This document shows positions 1 to 9,499 of a stretch of 64,000 bases of DNA, piece after piece (position 1 is the first letter of the stretch; every line of letters begins with the position of its first letter). The notes beneath the pieces are model-generated. The model was not told the origin of the DNA. It worked only from the letters and a program-made list of their open reading frames with translations, and did no database searches. Position numbers and translations under genes: made by a program. Origin of the DNA: Acetobacteraceae bacterium (lineage in GTDB: Bacteria; Pseudomonadota; Alphaproteobacteria; Acetobacterales; Acetobacteraceae); the NCBI GenBank assembly GCA_965276815.1, contig CBDIBE010000010.1:623734-687733 (forward strand), written 5' to 3'.

Positions 1-1067
1 TTGCCGATGCGCTGGCCGCTATTCGCGTCGAACAGGTGCAGCTTGCCGGGGCGGAACCCTATCGTCACGGCATCGCCCGGTCGCAGCGCGCATTCACTGT
101 CGAGGCGCATGATGAGTTCCGGCCCGCAGGTGGCCGCCGTGACCAGCGTCTCCTGGCCGGTGGATTCCACCAGCGAGACGCGCGCGGGAATGCCGTCGGC
201 GGCGAGGACCACGTCCTGCGGCCGGATGCCGGCCACGACGGGGCTGCCACTTGGAACTGCCGCGGCGTCGATCGCGACTTCGGCTTGCGGCGCCGTGCTG
301 CGGAACAGGCATCGGCCGGCCTCGGCGATCAGAGTGCCGGGCAGGAAGTTCATGGTCGGCGTGCCGACGAAGGCGGCAACGAAGCGGTTGGCCGGACGGG
401 CATAGATTTCGGCCGGGGTGCCAAGCTGCATCAGCTCGCCGCCGTTCAGCACGGCGATGCGGCTCGACATCGTCATCGCCTCGATCTGGTCGTGCGTGAC
501 GTAGACGGTGGTCTTCCCCAGCCGCAGGTGTAGCCGGATGATCTCGGAGCGCATATGGGCGCGCAACGTCGCGTCGAGATTGCTCAGCGGCTCGTCGAAT
601 AGGAACACCGCCGGGTCGCGGATCATCGCCCGGCCCAGCGCGACCCGCTGCTGCTGGCCGCCGGAGAGCTGGGAGGAGCGGCGATCGAGCAGCGCCTCGA
701 TCTGCAGCAGCCGCATGACTTCCTCGACCTTGGCGGTGCGCCGCCGCTTCTCGACGCCGCGCTTCTTCAACGGATATTCAAGGTTTTGCCGCACCGTCAT
801 GTGCGGATAGAGCGCGTAGCTCTGGAACACCATGGCGACGTTGCGCTGCGCCGGGCCGACTTCGTTGACGCGCCGGCCGTCGAAGAAGACGCCGCCCGAG
901 CTTGGGCTGTCGAGCCCGGCGATGATGCGCAGCAGCGTGGATTTGCCGCAGCCGCTCGGGCCCAGCAGGGTCAAGAACTCGCCCTCCTGCACGCCGAGTG
1001 ACAAATCCCGCACCACCGCGAGCGGTCCATAGGTTTTGCGCACATTTTGCAGCAGGATCGAAGTCAC
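1..1067 (-). CDS. Sugar-type ABC transporter ATP-binding protein (MalK/UgpC family), partial: C-terminus runs off the window edge
   Basis: The reverse-strand translation has Walker A GPSGCGKST, signature [14 protein letters not shown], Walker B FLFDEPLSNLD and a MalK-like C-terminal regulatory domain. The start is a GTG 2 nt after the permease stop. The ORF track omits it because it has no in-window stop. Confidence 0.85.
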   Translation of the reverse strand, partial: MTSILLQNVRKTYGPLAVVRDLSLGVQEGEFLTLLGPSGCGKSTLLRIIAGLDSPSSGGVFFDGRRVNEVGPAQRNVAMVFQSYALYPHMTVRQNLEYPLKKRGVEKRRRTAKVEEVMRLLQIEALLDRRSSQLSGGQQQRVALGRAMIRDPAVFLFDEPLSNLDATLRAHMRSEIIRLHLRLGKTTVYVTHDQIEAMTMSSRIAVLNGGELMQLGTPAEIYARPANRFVAAFVGTPTMNFLPGTLIAEAGRCLFRSTAPQAEVAIDAAAVPSGSPVVAGIRPQDVVLAADGIPARVSLVESTGQETLVTAATCGPELIMRLDSECALRPGDAVTIGFRPGKLHLFDANSGQRIG

Positions 1068-1069
1068 TG

Positions 1070-1897
1070 TCAGCCCTTCACCGAGCCGGCGCCGAGACCT
1101 TGGCCGAAATAGCGCTGTACGAGGGCGAACAGCAGCAGGATCGGCAGGGTGATCACCACGCCAGCCGCCATCAGCAGGTTCCAGTCGATGTCGAAGGACT
1201 GCTTGACCAGGCGCATCACGCCGGGCGGCAGGGTCATGATGGAGTCCCGGTTCAGGAACACCAGCGCGTACAGATATTCGTTGTAGGCCATGATGAAGGT
1301 GAAGACGGCGGTGGCCAGGATGCCCGGCAGCACCTGCGGCACGACGATCTCGAACATGACGGCGAAGCGGCCGGCGCCGTCGACCCGGGCCGCCGCTTCG
1401 ATATCTGGCGGAAGGGCGGTGATGAAGCCGCGCAGCAGCCAGAGCGCGAATGGCAGCGCGAAGCTGATGTAGGTGACGATCAGGCCCCAGAGCGAGTCTG
1501 CAAGCCCCGCCGAGGCGATCACCACATAGAGCGGCACCAGCAGCACCACCGCGGGCAGCAGATAGGTGAACAGGACCAATCGCCCGATCAGCGCCCGGCC
1601 GGGGAATTGCAGCCGGGTCAAGGCGTAGGCGCCGGAAGTGGCGAAGATGATTGCGATCCCGGTGCTGACGAAGGCCACGAAGACGCTGTTGCGCAGCAGC
1701 ACCGGGAAATCGGTTTGCAGCAGCAGATGCTGGAAGTGCTCGAAGGTGATGCGGGTGGGCAGCAAAGCGGGCGGATAGGCGGTCGTCTCGTCCCGCGGCT
1801 TGACCGAGGTCAGCACCATCCACAGCAGGGGGAAGCAGACGAGCAGGACCGCCGCCCAGACGATGACGTCGCGGCAGATGCGGCCGAGCAGCCTCAC
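1070..1897 (-). CDS. Carbohydrate ABC transporter permease (MalG/UgpE type)
   Basis: 275 aa with 6 TM helices and the EAA-loop region (DIEAAARVDGAGRFAVMFEIV). It overlaps the upstream permease by 4 nt. Confidence 0.85.
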   Translation of the reverse strand: MRLLGRICRDVIVWAAVLLVCFPLLWMVLTSVKPRDETTAYPPALLPTRITFEHFQHLLLQTDFPVLLRNSVFVAFVSTGIAIIFATSGAYALTRLQFPGRALIGRLVLFTYLLPAVVLLVPLYVVIASAGLADSLWGLIVTYISFALPFALWLLRGFITALPPDIEAAARVDGAGRFAVMFEIVVPQVLPGILATAVFTFIMAYNEYLYALVFLNRDSIMTLPPGVMRLVKQSFDIDWNLLMAAGVVITLPILLLFALVQRYFGQGLGAGSVKG

Positions 1898-2817
1898 CGC
1901 CGCTCGCTCCGGTCATAGGCGCCGGCATAGAGCCAGAACAGCACTAGGATGACCGCGAGCATCAGCATGGCGATGGCGGCGCCGCTGCCGATGCTCAGTT
2001 CTGGGAAGACCTGCTTGTAGATCAGCAGCGGCAGGGTCTCGGTGCTCACCTGCGGGCCGCCGCCGGTCATCATGGCGATCAGGTCGAAATCCTTGAAATC
2101 CCAGATGGCGCGCAGCAGCGTGACCATGGCGAGCACGGGCGCGAGCTGCGGCAAGGTGATCTCCCAGAAGCGCTCCCAGGCGGACGCGCCGTCGATGCGG
2201 GCGGCGTCGTAGAGCGCCAGCGGGATGGATTGCAGCCGCGCCAGGACCGCGAGGGTGACGAACGGGAAATTCTTCCAGCCGGCGACGAGGATGACGCTGA
2301 TCATGGCATTCGGCGACTGGCCGAGCCAGTTGATCGGGCTGGGAAACAATCCGGTCTGGTCGAGCAGGTAATTCAGGTAGCCGTACATGTCGTTGAACAG
2401 CCATTGCCAGACCAAAACGGCAACGACGGTGCTGAGCAAATACGGGAACAGCACCAGCGCGCGCGCCAGCGGCCGGAACACCAGCTTGCCGTGCAGTGCC
2501 AGCGCGAAGCCGACGCCCAACCCGACTTGCAGCACGAGGCAGCCGAACGTCCAGATCAGCGAGTTGCCGAACGCGCTCCAGAACTCGCCCGACTGCAGCA
2601 GCGACGCGTAATTGGCGAGGCCGACGAGCGGCCCGGCGAGCGTCAGGGTGTTCATCCGATGCAGGCTGATCGCTACCGTCTGGCACAGCGGGTAGGCGAT
2701 GAGCACGAGGAACAGCAGGATGCTCGGCGACAGCAGGAGGTAGCCGAACGCGGCGTCCCGAGTGGTCATGTCGGGCGCCCATCCCACCGGCTCCCGCTCG
2801 ACGACGGCTCGATCCAT
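1894..2817 (-). CDS. Carbohydrate ABC transporter permease (MalF/UgpA type)
   Basis: 307 aa polytopic membrane protein with the ABC TMD signature (AARIDGASAWERFWEITLP). Confidence 0.85.
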   Translation of the reverse strand: MDRAVVEREPVGWAPDMTTRDAAFGYLLLSPSILLFLVLIAYPLCQTVAISLHRMNTLTLAGPLVGLANYASLLQSGEFWSAFGNSLIWTFGCLVLQVGLGVGFALALHGKLVFRPLARALVLFPYLLSTVVAVLVWQWLFNDMYGYLNYLLDQTGLFPSPINWLGQSPNAMISVILVAGWKNFPFVTLAVLARLQSIPLALYDAARIDGASAWERFWEITLPQLAPVLAMVTLLRAIWDFKDFDLIAMMTGGGPQVSTETLPLLIYKQVFPELSIGSGAAIAMLMLAVILVLFWLYAGAYDRSERR

Positions 2818-2818
2818 C

Positions 2819-4129
2819 TCAGCTCTTGAGCAGGGCCGCGATCCGGTCGGCGCCGCGCGAAGCGGCCGCCTGCGGGGCCATGCCGCCGACGATGACGTCC
2901 TGCAGCGCCTCCACCATCACCCGCGCGTTCAGCACCTTGCCGGCGGACACGTTGATCTTGTGGTCCGGCGACTCCTTCAGCAGCGAGCGGCCCTTCGCCG
3001 TGGCCTCGATCATCCGCTCCACGTCTGGGCGATAGCGCTTGATGATCGGGTTGTCGAAATACTCGGCCGAGGTCGCGATCGACTTCAGGTTCGGCAGATT
3101 ATGGCTGGGCGTCGCATGGAGGAACTTGATGTAGTTGTCCTTCTGCATCAGCGTGAGCGCCACTGCTTTCGAGAGCCCGAAATCCTTGGCCGCTTTCGGG
3201 ATGACGAGCGACTGGAAATCGCCGGCGAACGTGTCGCGCCCGCCTTTGCCCATCGGATAAGGGACCATGGCGATCTTGTCGGCAATCTTCGGGTCGTCGG
3301 TCCCGACGTTGATCAGCACGCGGCCCGAATACGGCGCCGATGCGGCCCGGCCGCCGACGAACCCGTTGATCGTTTCGGTATACGCGTAGGATACCGACCC
3401 GGCGGGCGAGAACGGCATCAGCTGCTTGACGAAATCGAAGGCGGCGACGGTCGCCGGCGAGTTGAACGCGACGCTGCCATCGGGCGCGAAAACGAAGCCG
3501 CCGGCGCGCCAGATCGTCTGCAGCAGCAGCTTGTCGCCCATGCTGGTCTTGCCGCAGGGATAGATGGTGCCGAAGATCCCGTGCCCGGTGGTGCGCTTGG
3601 CGGTCGCGAGCATCGCGTCCCAATCGGCAAAGCCATTCGCGCCGGACTCGACGAGGTCGGTTCGATACCACAAGCAGCCAGTGGTGGTGGAGTTGACGAT
3701 CACCAGCCCGGCATGCTGGCCGGTTTTGGCGTCCTGCAGCAGCTCGAGCGAGTTCGGATAGAAGTCGGCGGCGCCGATCGTGTTGATCACATCGTCCATC
3801 GGCTGCAGCAGGCTCTGCTGATTGAGCTGCATGACGAATTCGGGCGGCATGTGCGAGATCAGGTCGGGCGCCGTGCCGGTTGCCAGGCCCGCCGCGAGCT
3901 TCGGCAGCAAATCCTCCTCCAGGAAGGCCTGGACGGTGACCTTCACGCCCGGATTGGCCTTTTCAAACCCATCGAAGATCGCGCGATAGACCACCTCCTG
4001 CTCGGGGCCGCGCTGCGTGGTCCAGAAAGTGAAATTTCGCGGTGTCTGGGCGCGGACGATCATGGGGGCAACGACCGCACCGGCAGCGCCCAGCAGCAAC
4101 GCGCGTCGTCCGCTATGTCCCTTCGGCAT
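2819..4129 (-). CDS. Extracellular solute-binding protein, family 1 (sugar/polyol-type ABC substrate-binding protein)
   Basis: 436 aa with an N-terminal signal peptide (RRALLLGAAGAVVAPMIVRA). Size and composition are typical of a family-1 SBP. It is the first gene of the SBP-TMD-TMD-ATPase operon on the minus strand. Confidence 0.8.
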   Translation of the reverse strand: MPKGHSGRRALLLGAAGAVVAPMIVRAQTPRNFTFWTTQRGPEQEVVYRAIFDGFEKANPGVKVTVQAFLEEDLLPKLAAGLATGTAPDLISHMPPEFVMQLNQQSLLQPMDDVINTIGAADFYPNSLELLQDAKTGQHAGLVIVNSTTTGCLWYRTDLVESGANGFADWDAMLATAKRTTGHGIFGTIYPCGKTSMGDKLLLQTIWRAGGFVFAPDGSVAFNSPATVAAFDFVKQLMPFSPAGSVSYAYTETINGFVGGRAASAPYSGRVLINVGTDDPKIADKIAMVPYPMGKGGRDTFAGDFQSLVIPKAAKDFGLSKAVALTLMQKDNYIKFLHATPSHNLPNLKSIATSAEYFDNPIIKRYRPDVERMIEATAKGRSLLKESPDHKINVSAGKVLNARVMVEALQDVIVGGMAPQAAASRGADRIAALLKS

Positions 4130-4190
4130 TTAAGGTCTCCTTTTCAGTTTCGCTGCTGCCCGTTCGACAGCCGTTTGCCGCCCGCGGCGC

Positions 4191-5114
4191 TCAACATTCG
4201 CGCAACTGGGCCAAGACACGCTCGAGGCGGCCGTATTCCAAAGCGGGCAGCTTCATTGCCGGCGGGCGCACCGCGTCGCATTCGAGGCGGCCGAGCAAAT
4301 GCAGGCACGCCTTCAACCTTGTTGTCGCCCTTCCGCCGGGGCTCTCGCGGTAGATCGCGACCGCGAGAGGATACAGCGCCTCGTGCAAGGCGCGGCCGCG
4401 CGCCCAATCGCCGGATTCGGCGGCGTTCCAGAGCGAAACGACAAGCTCCGGCACGATCGCCGCCAGGCTGACTTGGGTGCCGACGCTGCCGATCAGCCAG
4501 CTCGTCAGCAGGTGCTCGTCGCCGGAGCCGAGCATCGCGACGTCTGGCCGGACCGCGTTCACCGCGCGCCGGTTCGCCTCATAGGTCGCCACCTCCCAAC
4601 TGCCATCCTTGATGCCGATGACCCTTGGATCCGAGGCCAGTTCGGCCAGGCGTTCCGGCGAGTACGGCATTGCCCCAGCGCGGACCGAGGCTTGATACAG
4701 CACGAGCGGTAGGCCGCAGGCATCGACGATGTGGCGGTGGTGGATCGCGGCCGTGTCCTCGTCCTGGAACAGACCCCAGCCATTCGGCGGAAAGACCAGC
4801 ACCGCGTCGGCGCCTGCCGCCTCGGCGTCGCGCGCCAGGTCGGCCGCCGCCAGGCTGCATTCGGCGTTGACGCCGGAGGTGAGGAACACGCTGGGGCGGA
4901 TGGCGGCGCGGACCACTTCGATCACGCGGCGCGTCTCCGCACGGCTCAGCATGAAGTTCTCGCCCGCATGGCCGTTGATCAGCAGGCCGGTTATGCCTTG
5001 GGTGCCGGCGACCTGAGCCACGTGCCGGGCCAGCGCCGCCTCGTCGATCGAGAAATCGGGCCGCATCGGGCAGACGGTCGCCGCATGCACCCCGGCCAGC
5101 GGCGACGCGCTCAA
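4191..5114 (-). CDS. DapA-family class I aldolase/deaminase (dihydrodipicolinate synthase / N-acetylneuraminate lyase superfamily); candidate pyrroline-4-hydroxy-2-carboxylate deaminase-like enzyme
   Basis: 307 aa with DapA-like fold motifs (GLLINGHAGE, VIGIKDGS) and a TTG start. It is translationally coupled to the upstream FAD oxidoreductase. Confidence 0.75.
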   Translation of the reverse strand: MSASPLAGVHAATVCPMRPDFSIDEAALARHVAQVAGTQGITGLLINGHAGENFMLSRAETRRVIEVVRAAIRPSVFLTSGVNAECSLAAADLARDAEAAGADAVLVFPPNGWGLFQDEDTAAIHHRHIVDACGLPLVLYQASVRAGAMPYSPERLAELASDPRVIGIKDGSWEVATYEANRRAVNAVRPDVAMLGSGDEHLLTSWLIGSVGTQVSLAAIVPELVVSLWNAAESGDWARGRALHEALYPLAVAIYRESPGGRATTRLKACLHLLGRLECDAVRPPAMKLPALEYGRLERVLAQLREC

Positions 5115-6228
5115 GTGGCCACGCCTTCGCGCGCCAAGAGCCGGTCGATTGGGAACAACGGCAGCGCCGGCTCGTGGCCGAGGAGCGTGTCGGCGAGCAG
5201 TTTGGCGAGATACGGGCCGCTCGTGTAGCCGGAATGCACGCTGCCGCAGACATAGGCGCCGGGGACGCCCGGCACCGGGCCCGCGGCGGGCAGCGCGTCC
5301 GCAGTCTCCGCCTCCAGCCCCGCCCAGGCGCGGACCATCCGCGCATTCCGCAGCCCGGGGATCGCGTGGCAGGCGAGCCGCGCATTGCCGACCAAATTAT
5401 CCGGCAGCAACTCGGCGCCGCCGCGCACGCGGTCGCCGCGCCCCTGCCAGCCGCCGCCGATCACCACGGTCCCGTGCGGATATTGCTTGAGCGACAGCAG
5501 GCCGCTCGCCACGCCGACGACCGTGCGCATCACCGGTGCGATCCGTTCGGTGACCGAAAGCTGGTTCACCCGCACCGTGATCGGCAGCGAAACACCTAGC
5601 CAGCCCATCATCTCCTCGATCCAAACCCCGCCCGCCAAAACGACTCGCCGGGCCCGCACCGGACCCGCCGCGCTTCGGACATCGAAGCCGTTTCCCCTCG
5701 TTTCTAAGCAAGTCACGGGCCGCTGCTCGTGCAGCGCCACGCCGGCCTCCAGCAATGCCGCGCGGAACGCCAGGCCGGTCAGGTAGGCGTTCGCGAACCC
5801 ATCGACCCGGCAATACCCGGCCAGCCGCACATGCGAGGATAATCCGGGCTCGACGCGCTGCGCCTCGGCGCGCCCGATCAGGCTGATCGGCGCGCCAGCT
5901 TCCCGCCGCTTGCGGGCGCGCAAGCTCAGCAGCTCCTCCTCCTGCTCGGTGAAGGCGAGCGACAGCCCGTCGCACACCACGACGCCGACATCGTGACCCA
6001 GCCAGTCGCGCGCGCTGGCCCACATGGCGTGCGCCCGCAGCGCGTAGGGGATCAGGGCGACGCGGGTCATCTGCAAGGTCAGCGTGCCGGCGTTGACGCC
6101 CGACGCCTCGCGGCACAGGCTGCCGCGCTCCAGCAGCGTGGTGCGCATGCCGCCGCGCGCGCACATCAGGGCGACCGTGCTGCCGATGACGCCGCCGCCG
6201 ATCACGGCAAGGTCGAACTCGGTCACAG
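5111..6228 (-). CDS. FAD-dependent oxidoreductase, beta subunit of an HcnC/LhpB/OoxB-like heteromeric dehydrogenase
   Basis: It carries the DAO-family Rossmann motif DLAVIGGGVIGSTVAL. The real start is probably a GTG near 6226 (VTEFDLAVIGGG). The track ORF extends to 6415 with an Arg/Pro-rich spurious N-terminus that overlaps the alpha subunit. Confidence 0.75.
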
Positions 6229-7620
6229 CGGCGCGGGCAGCGGCACGGGGATGTCGTCGTAGCTGAATGGGCCGAGCAGGTCTTCCAGCGGGACCGGATG
6301 CAGCGGCGGACGCATGGTCCATCGCCCGGCCGCGGCGCGCGAGCCGAGGTGGCGCGCCATCAGCTCGGCAGCGGCCTCGCCGCAGCTCCGGCCCTGGCAG
6401 GGCCCCATGCCGCACCGCGTAAAACTCTTCAACTGGTTGACCTCACGCGCCCCGGCCGTGATTGCGGCTTCGATCTCGGCCCGGGTCACATCCTCGCATC
6501 GGCAGACCACGGTTCCGTCGGGAATGGCGTCGAGCATGCCAGGCCGGAAACGGGTCAGGCGCGAGATGGCGTCGGCGAATCGCGTCGCGCGGCGATAGGC
6601 GTGTTGCAAGCGCCGGATACCCGCGACCGTGCGCCCGGCATCGATTGCAGCCGCCCGGCCGGCGATACGGCCGGCCAATGCGGCGGGAAACGCGCCACGG
6701 ACGCCGGCGCCGTCGCCTGCGGCATAGAGACCACGGATCGAGGTGCGCCCCGCCGGGTCGAGCGTCGGCACCCAACCGCGACTTGCTGCATCGAATTCGT
6801 GGGCCGCGTGCAGGAGGCGCGGTATGTCCGAGGACGGCGACAAGCCGTGGCCGACGGCCAGCGCGTCGCAGTCCATCCAGCGTTCCGACCGTCCATCGGG
6901 CTTGCCGTCGGCATCCACGCTGCCGATCCGGACGCGGCGGACCGCGCCAGCGCCTTCCACCTTCAGGACGGTGTGGCGGAACAGAACGGGGATGCGCCGC
7001 CGGGCCAGGGCGGCGGTCCAGCCGAGGCCTTGCGCCAGTAGCGCCGGGCGGCGGCCGAGCGAGGGCAGGGCGGCCAGCCACTCCGTGCGGGAAGCGAGAT
7101 CCACGACCGCCGCCACCTCGATGCCGGCCCCGGCCAGCTTGGCCGCCACCGCGACCAGCAACGGGCCGCATCCCGCAACCACCACGCGCCGACCCGGCGA
7201 CATCGCATTCGCCTTCAGCAGCACCGTCGCGCCAGCGAGCCCGATCACCCCGGGCAACGTCCAGCCGGGAAACGGCACCACCCGCTCATACGCCCCGGTC
7301 GCCGCGACCAGACGTGGCGCCTCGATCGTTTCCGGTCCCGACGGGCCCAACGCATGGATGCGGAAGCCTGGCTCGACCGACCAGACCGCCCGTCCGGGCC
7401 GGAAATCGACCGGAGCGGCGGCGAGCGTCCGGCGCAAATGCTGGCCGCGGCGCAGATCCGGGTCGGTATGCAGCGGCGCGTTGGCGGGCGCCCGATAAAC
7501 CTGGCCGCCCGCGGCCGCGGCCCGGTCCAGCAGGATCACATGCAACCCCACGCGCGCCGCCTCGATCGCCGCCCAGCTCCCGGCCGGGCCGGCGCCGACC
7601 ACAGCCAGATCGCACTTCAC
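6223..7620 (-). CDS. FAD/NAD(P)-binding oxidoreductase, alpha subunit (HcnB/LhpF/OoxA-like) with a C-terminal BFD-like [2Fe-2S] domain
   Basis: 465 aa with the N-terminal motif DLAVVGAGPAGSWAA and a second Rossmann region VVVAGCGPLLVAVAAKL. The C-terminus has the Cys cluster CRCEDVTRAEIEAAITAGAREVNQLKSFTRCGMGPCQGRSC. A GTG start overlaps the stop of the small subunit. Confidence 0.8.
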   Translation of the reverse strand: MKCDLAVVGAGPAGSWAAIEAARVGLHVILLDRAAAAGGQVYRAPANAPLHTDPDLRRGQHLRRTLAAAPVDFRPGRAVWSVEPGFRIHALGPSGPETIEAPRLVAATGAYERVVPFPGWTLPGVIGLAGATVLLKANAMSPGRRVVVAGCGPLLVAVAAKLAGAGIEVAAVVDLASRTEWLAALPSLGRRPALLAQGLGWTAALARRRIPVLFRHTVLKVEGAGAVRRVRIGSVDADGKPDGRSERWMDCDALAVGHGLSPSSDIPRLLHAAHEFDAASRGWVPTLDPAGRTSIRGLYAAGDGAGVRGAFPAALAGRIAGRAAAIDAGRTVAGIRRLQHAYRRATRFADAISRLTRFRPGMLDAIPDGTVVCRCEDVTRAEIEAAITAGAREVNQLKSFTRCGMGPCQGRSCGEAAAELMARHLGSRAAAGRWTMRPPLHPVPLEDLLGPFSYDDIPVPLPAPL

Positions 7621-7889
7621 AGCGTCACGCGCATCCCGTCAGAAACGCTCATCAGGCAGGATTGGCGCGCGACACCATCCACCCGCACCAGGCACTCCTG
7701 GCAAACGCCCATGAAACAGAACGCACCGCGCGCCCCGCCGCGTGGACTGTCGCGCAGGTGCAGCTTGCCAGCCGCCATCAGCACGGCAGCGAGCGTCTCC
7801 CCTTCAAAGGCATCGATGTCATCGTCGTTGACCCACAGGCTGACCCGGCAGCCGCGCCGCGCGTCTCGCGTCAATCGGACCGCCGTCAT
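7617..7889 (-). CDS. Small (2Fe-2S)-binding subunit (HcnA/LhpE-like gamma subunit)
   Basis: 90 aa with the Cys motif FCFMGVCQEC...SC. It is the first gene of the 3-subunit dehydrogenase operon. Confidence 0.7.
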   Translation of the reverse strand: MTAVRLTRDARRGCRVSLWVNDDDIDAFEGETLAAVLMAAGKLHLRDSPRGGARGAFCFMGVCQECLVRVDGVARQSCLMSVSDGMRVTL

Positions 7890-7998
7890 GCAAACCCCTG
7901 TCAGTTAGCCCAGCGATATACAGAGGCAGTGCCGGCGCGCAATCCCTGCCTGGCATGTTGCTTGCTTCTCATCACACGCCGCATCAGGACGGCACGAG

Positions 7999-8815
7999 GA
8001 TGATCGTCATGCGGTTTGCGGGGTGGTTCAGGGCCGTTTTGCTTTTGGTATTGGGGCTGACTGGGATGGCGCATGGCGCGACGCTCGACGAGATTCTCAA
8101 GGCCGGCGAGATCCGGGTCGGCGTCAACCCGACCCTGCCGCCGCGGGCGATGTATGACGACAAGAACCAGATCACCGGTTTCGAGCCGGCGGTCGCCGCC
8201 GACATCGCCAAGCGCCTCGGCGTGAAGCTCACTCTCGTGCCGGTGGGCTCGCCGGACCGCATCCCGTTCCTGGCCGCCAACCGGATCGACATCGTCATGG
8301 GCGCGATGAGCCGGACCGCCGACCGGGCCAAGGTGATCGACTTCACCGTCCCGCTGCATTCGGAGAATTATGGCATCATCACCCGCGCCGATACCGGCAT
8401 TTCCAGCCTGGCGGACCTGAACAAGGACAGCGTCACGCTGGTCCAGGTGCGCGGCACCACCATGATTCCGGTGCTGCAGAAGCTGGTGCCGAACGCCAAG
8501 CTGCTGCTGCTCGACAACTACGACGACCGCGACCGCGCCATCGTGCAGCACCGTGCGGCGGCCTCGGTAGATGGCATCGACACCGCCACTTTCCGGCTGA
8601 AGAACTACGCCAGCACGGATTGGAAGCTGATCGCGCTGCCCGAACTCGGCGTCACTTGGTCGTGCCTCGGCATTGCCAAGGGCAATTACAGCCTGCGCGA
8701 CTACCTCAATGTCGCCCTTTACGAGATGCAGACCGGCGGTGAGGTCGAGGCGATGTGGGAGCAGTGGTTCGGGCGGCCGATGGACACCAAAGTGCCGACC
8801 ACCCCCTGGTTCTAG
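7999..8815 (+). CDS. Amino acid (polar, family 3) ABC transporter substrate-binding protein, copy 1
   Basis: It has a signal peptide (MRFAGWFRAVLLLVLGLTGMAHG) and the family-3 SBP fold motifs (IRVGVNPTLPP, GFEPAVAADIAKRLGVKL, IDIVMGAMSRT). The track start at 7955 is probably an N-terminal over-extension. Confidence 0.8.
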
Positions 8816-8821
8816 AAGTTC

Positions 8822-9499
8822 ATGGCCTACACGCTGCAATGGGGTCAGGTGACGCCGTATTTCGGCTACCTGCTCGGCGGTGCCTTGGTTTCGCTTTACT
8901 TGGCCTTGATCGGCTTCGCCGGCGGTTTCGTGATCGGGCTGCTCAATGCGAGCGCCATGCGCATGCTGCCGCGAACCGCCGGCCGGGTCGCCGCGGCCTA
9001 CGTGGTGTTTTTTCTCAATACGCCGTTGCTGGTGCAGATCTTCTTCATCTTCTTCGGCCTGCCCGATCTCGGCCTGGTGCTTGACCCCTATACCGCGGTG
9101 CTGATCGGCATTGCCCTCAACGAAGGCGCCTATCTCACGCAGACGCTGCTCGGCGGCTTCAACGCGGTGCGGCGCGAGGAGCTGGACGCGGCGGCGACGC
9201 TGGGCCTGTCCGGGCCGCAGACCCTGCTGTACGTGATCTTGCCGCAGGTCTGCAAATCGGTGTACCCGGCACTGTCCAACCAATACATCCTGATCACGAT
9301 GACGACCTCGATCGCCGCCATATTCGGCATCGAGGAGCTGACCGGGCGCGCCTACAACGTCAACGCCGAGACCTTCCGCTCGCTGGAGATCTTCTCGCTG
9401 GCGGCGGTGGACTATGTCGGGCTGACGCTCGTGGCGAGCCTCTTGCTGGCCCTGGCCGGGCGCTGGTTGTTCGGGCTGCGGCTCAAACTTTCGATCTGA
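8822..9499 (+). CDS. Amino acid ABC transporter permease (His/Gln/opine-type)
   Basis: 225 aa with 5 TM helices and the ABC TMD EAA-like loop (LDAAATLGLSGPQTLLYVILPQ). Confidence 0.85.
   Translation: MAYTLQWGQVTPYFGYLLGGALVSLYLALIGFAGGFVIGLLNASAMRMLPRTAGRVAAAYVVFFLNTPLLVQIFFIFFGLPDLGLVLDPYTAVLIGIALNEGAYLTQTLLGGFNAVRREELDAAATLGLSGPQTLLYVILPQVCKSVYPALSNQYILITMTTSIAAIFGIEELTGRAYNVNAETFRSLEIFSLAAVDYVGLTLVASLLLALAGRWLFGLRLKLSI

Noticed and set aside
5111-6415. Full-length 434-aa version of the FAD beta subunit, and the long N-terminal extensions of ORFs 10158, 44448 and 54709
   Set aside because: The N-terminal extensions are Arg/Ala/Pro-rich and overlap upstream genes. Rossmann and other conserved motifs plus RBSs indicate internal starts at GTG ~6226, ATG 10227, ATG 44547 and ATG 54877.
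5111-7889. Calling the three-subunit dehydrogenase HCN synthase (hcnABC)
   Set aside because: Subunit sizes also fit LhpBEF/OoxAB-type enzymes. The operon is fused to a DapA-family gene and embedded among importers, which fits an imino-acid/opine catabolic role better. This is kept as an alternative, not excluded.
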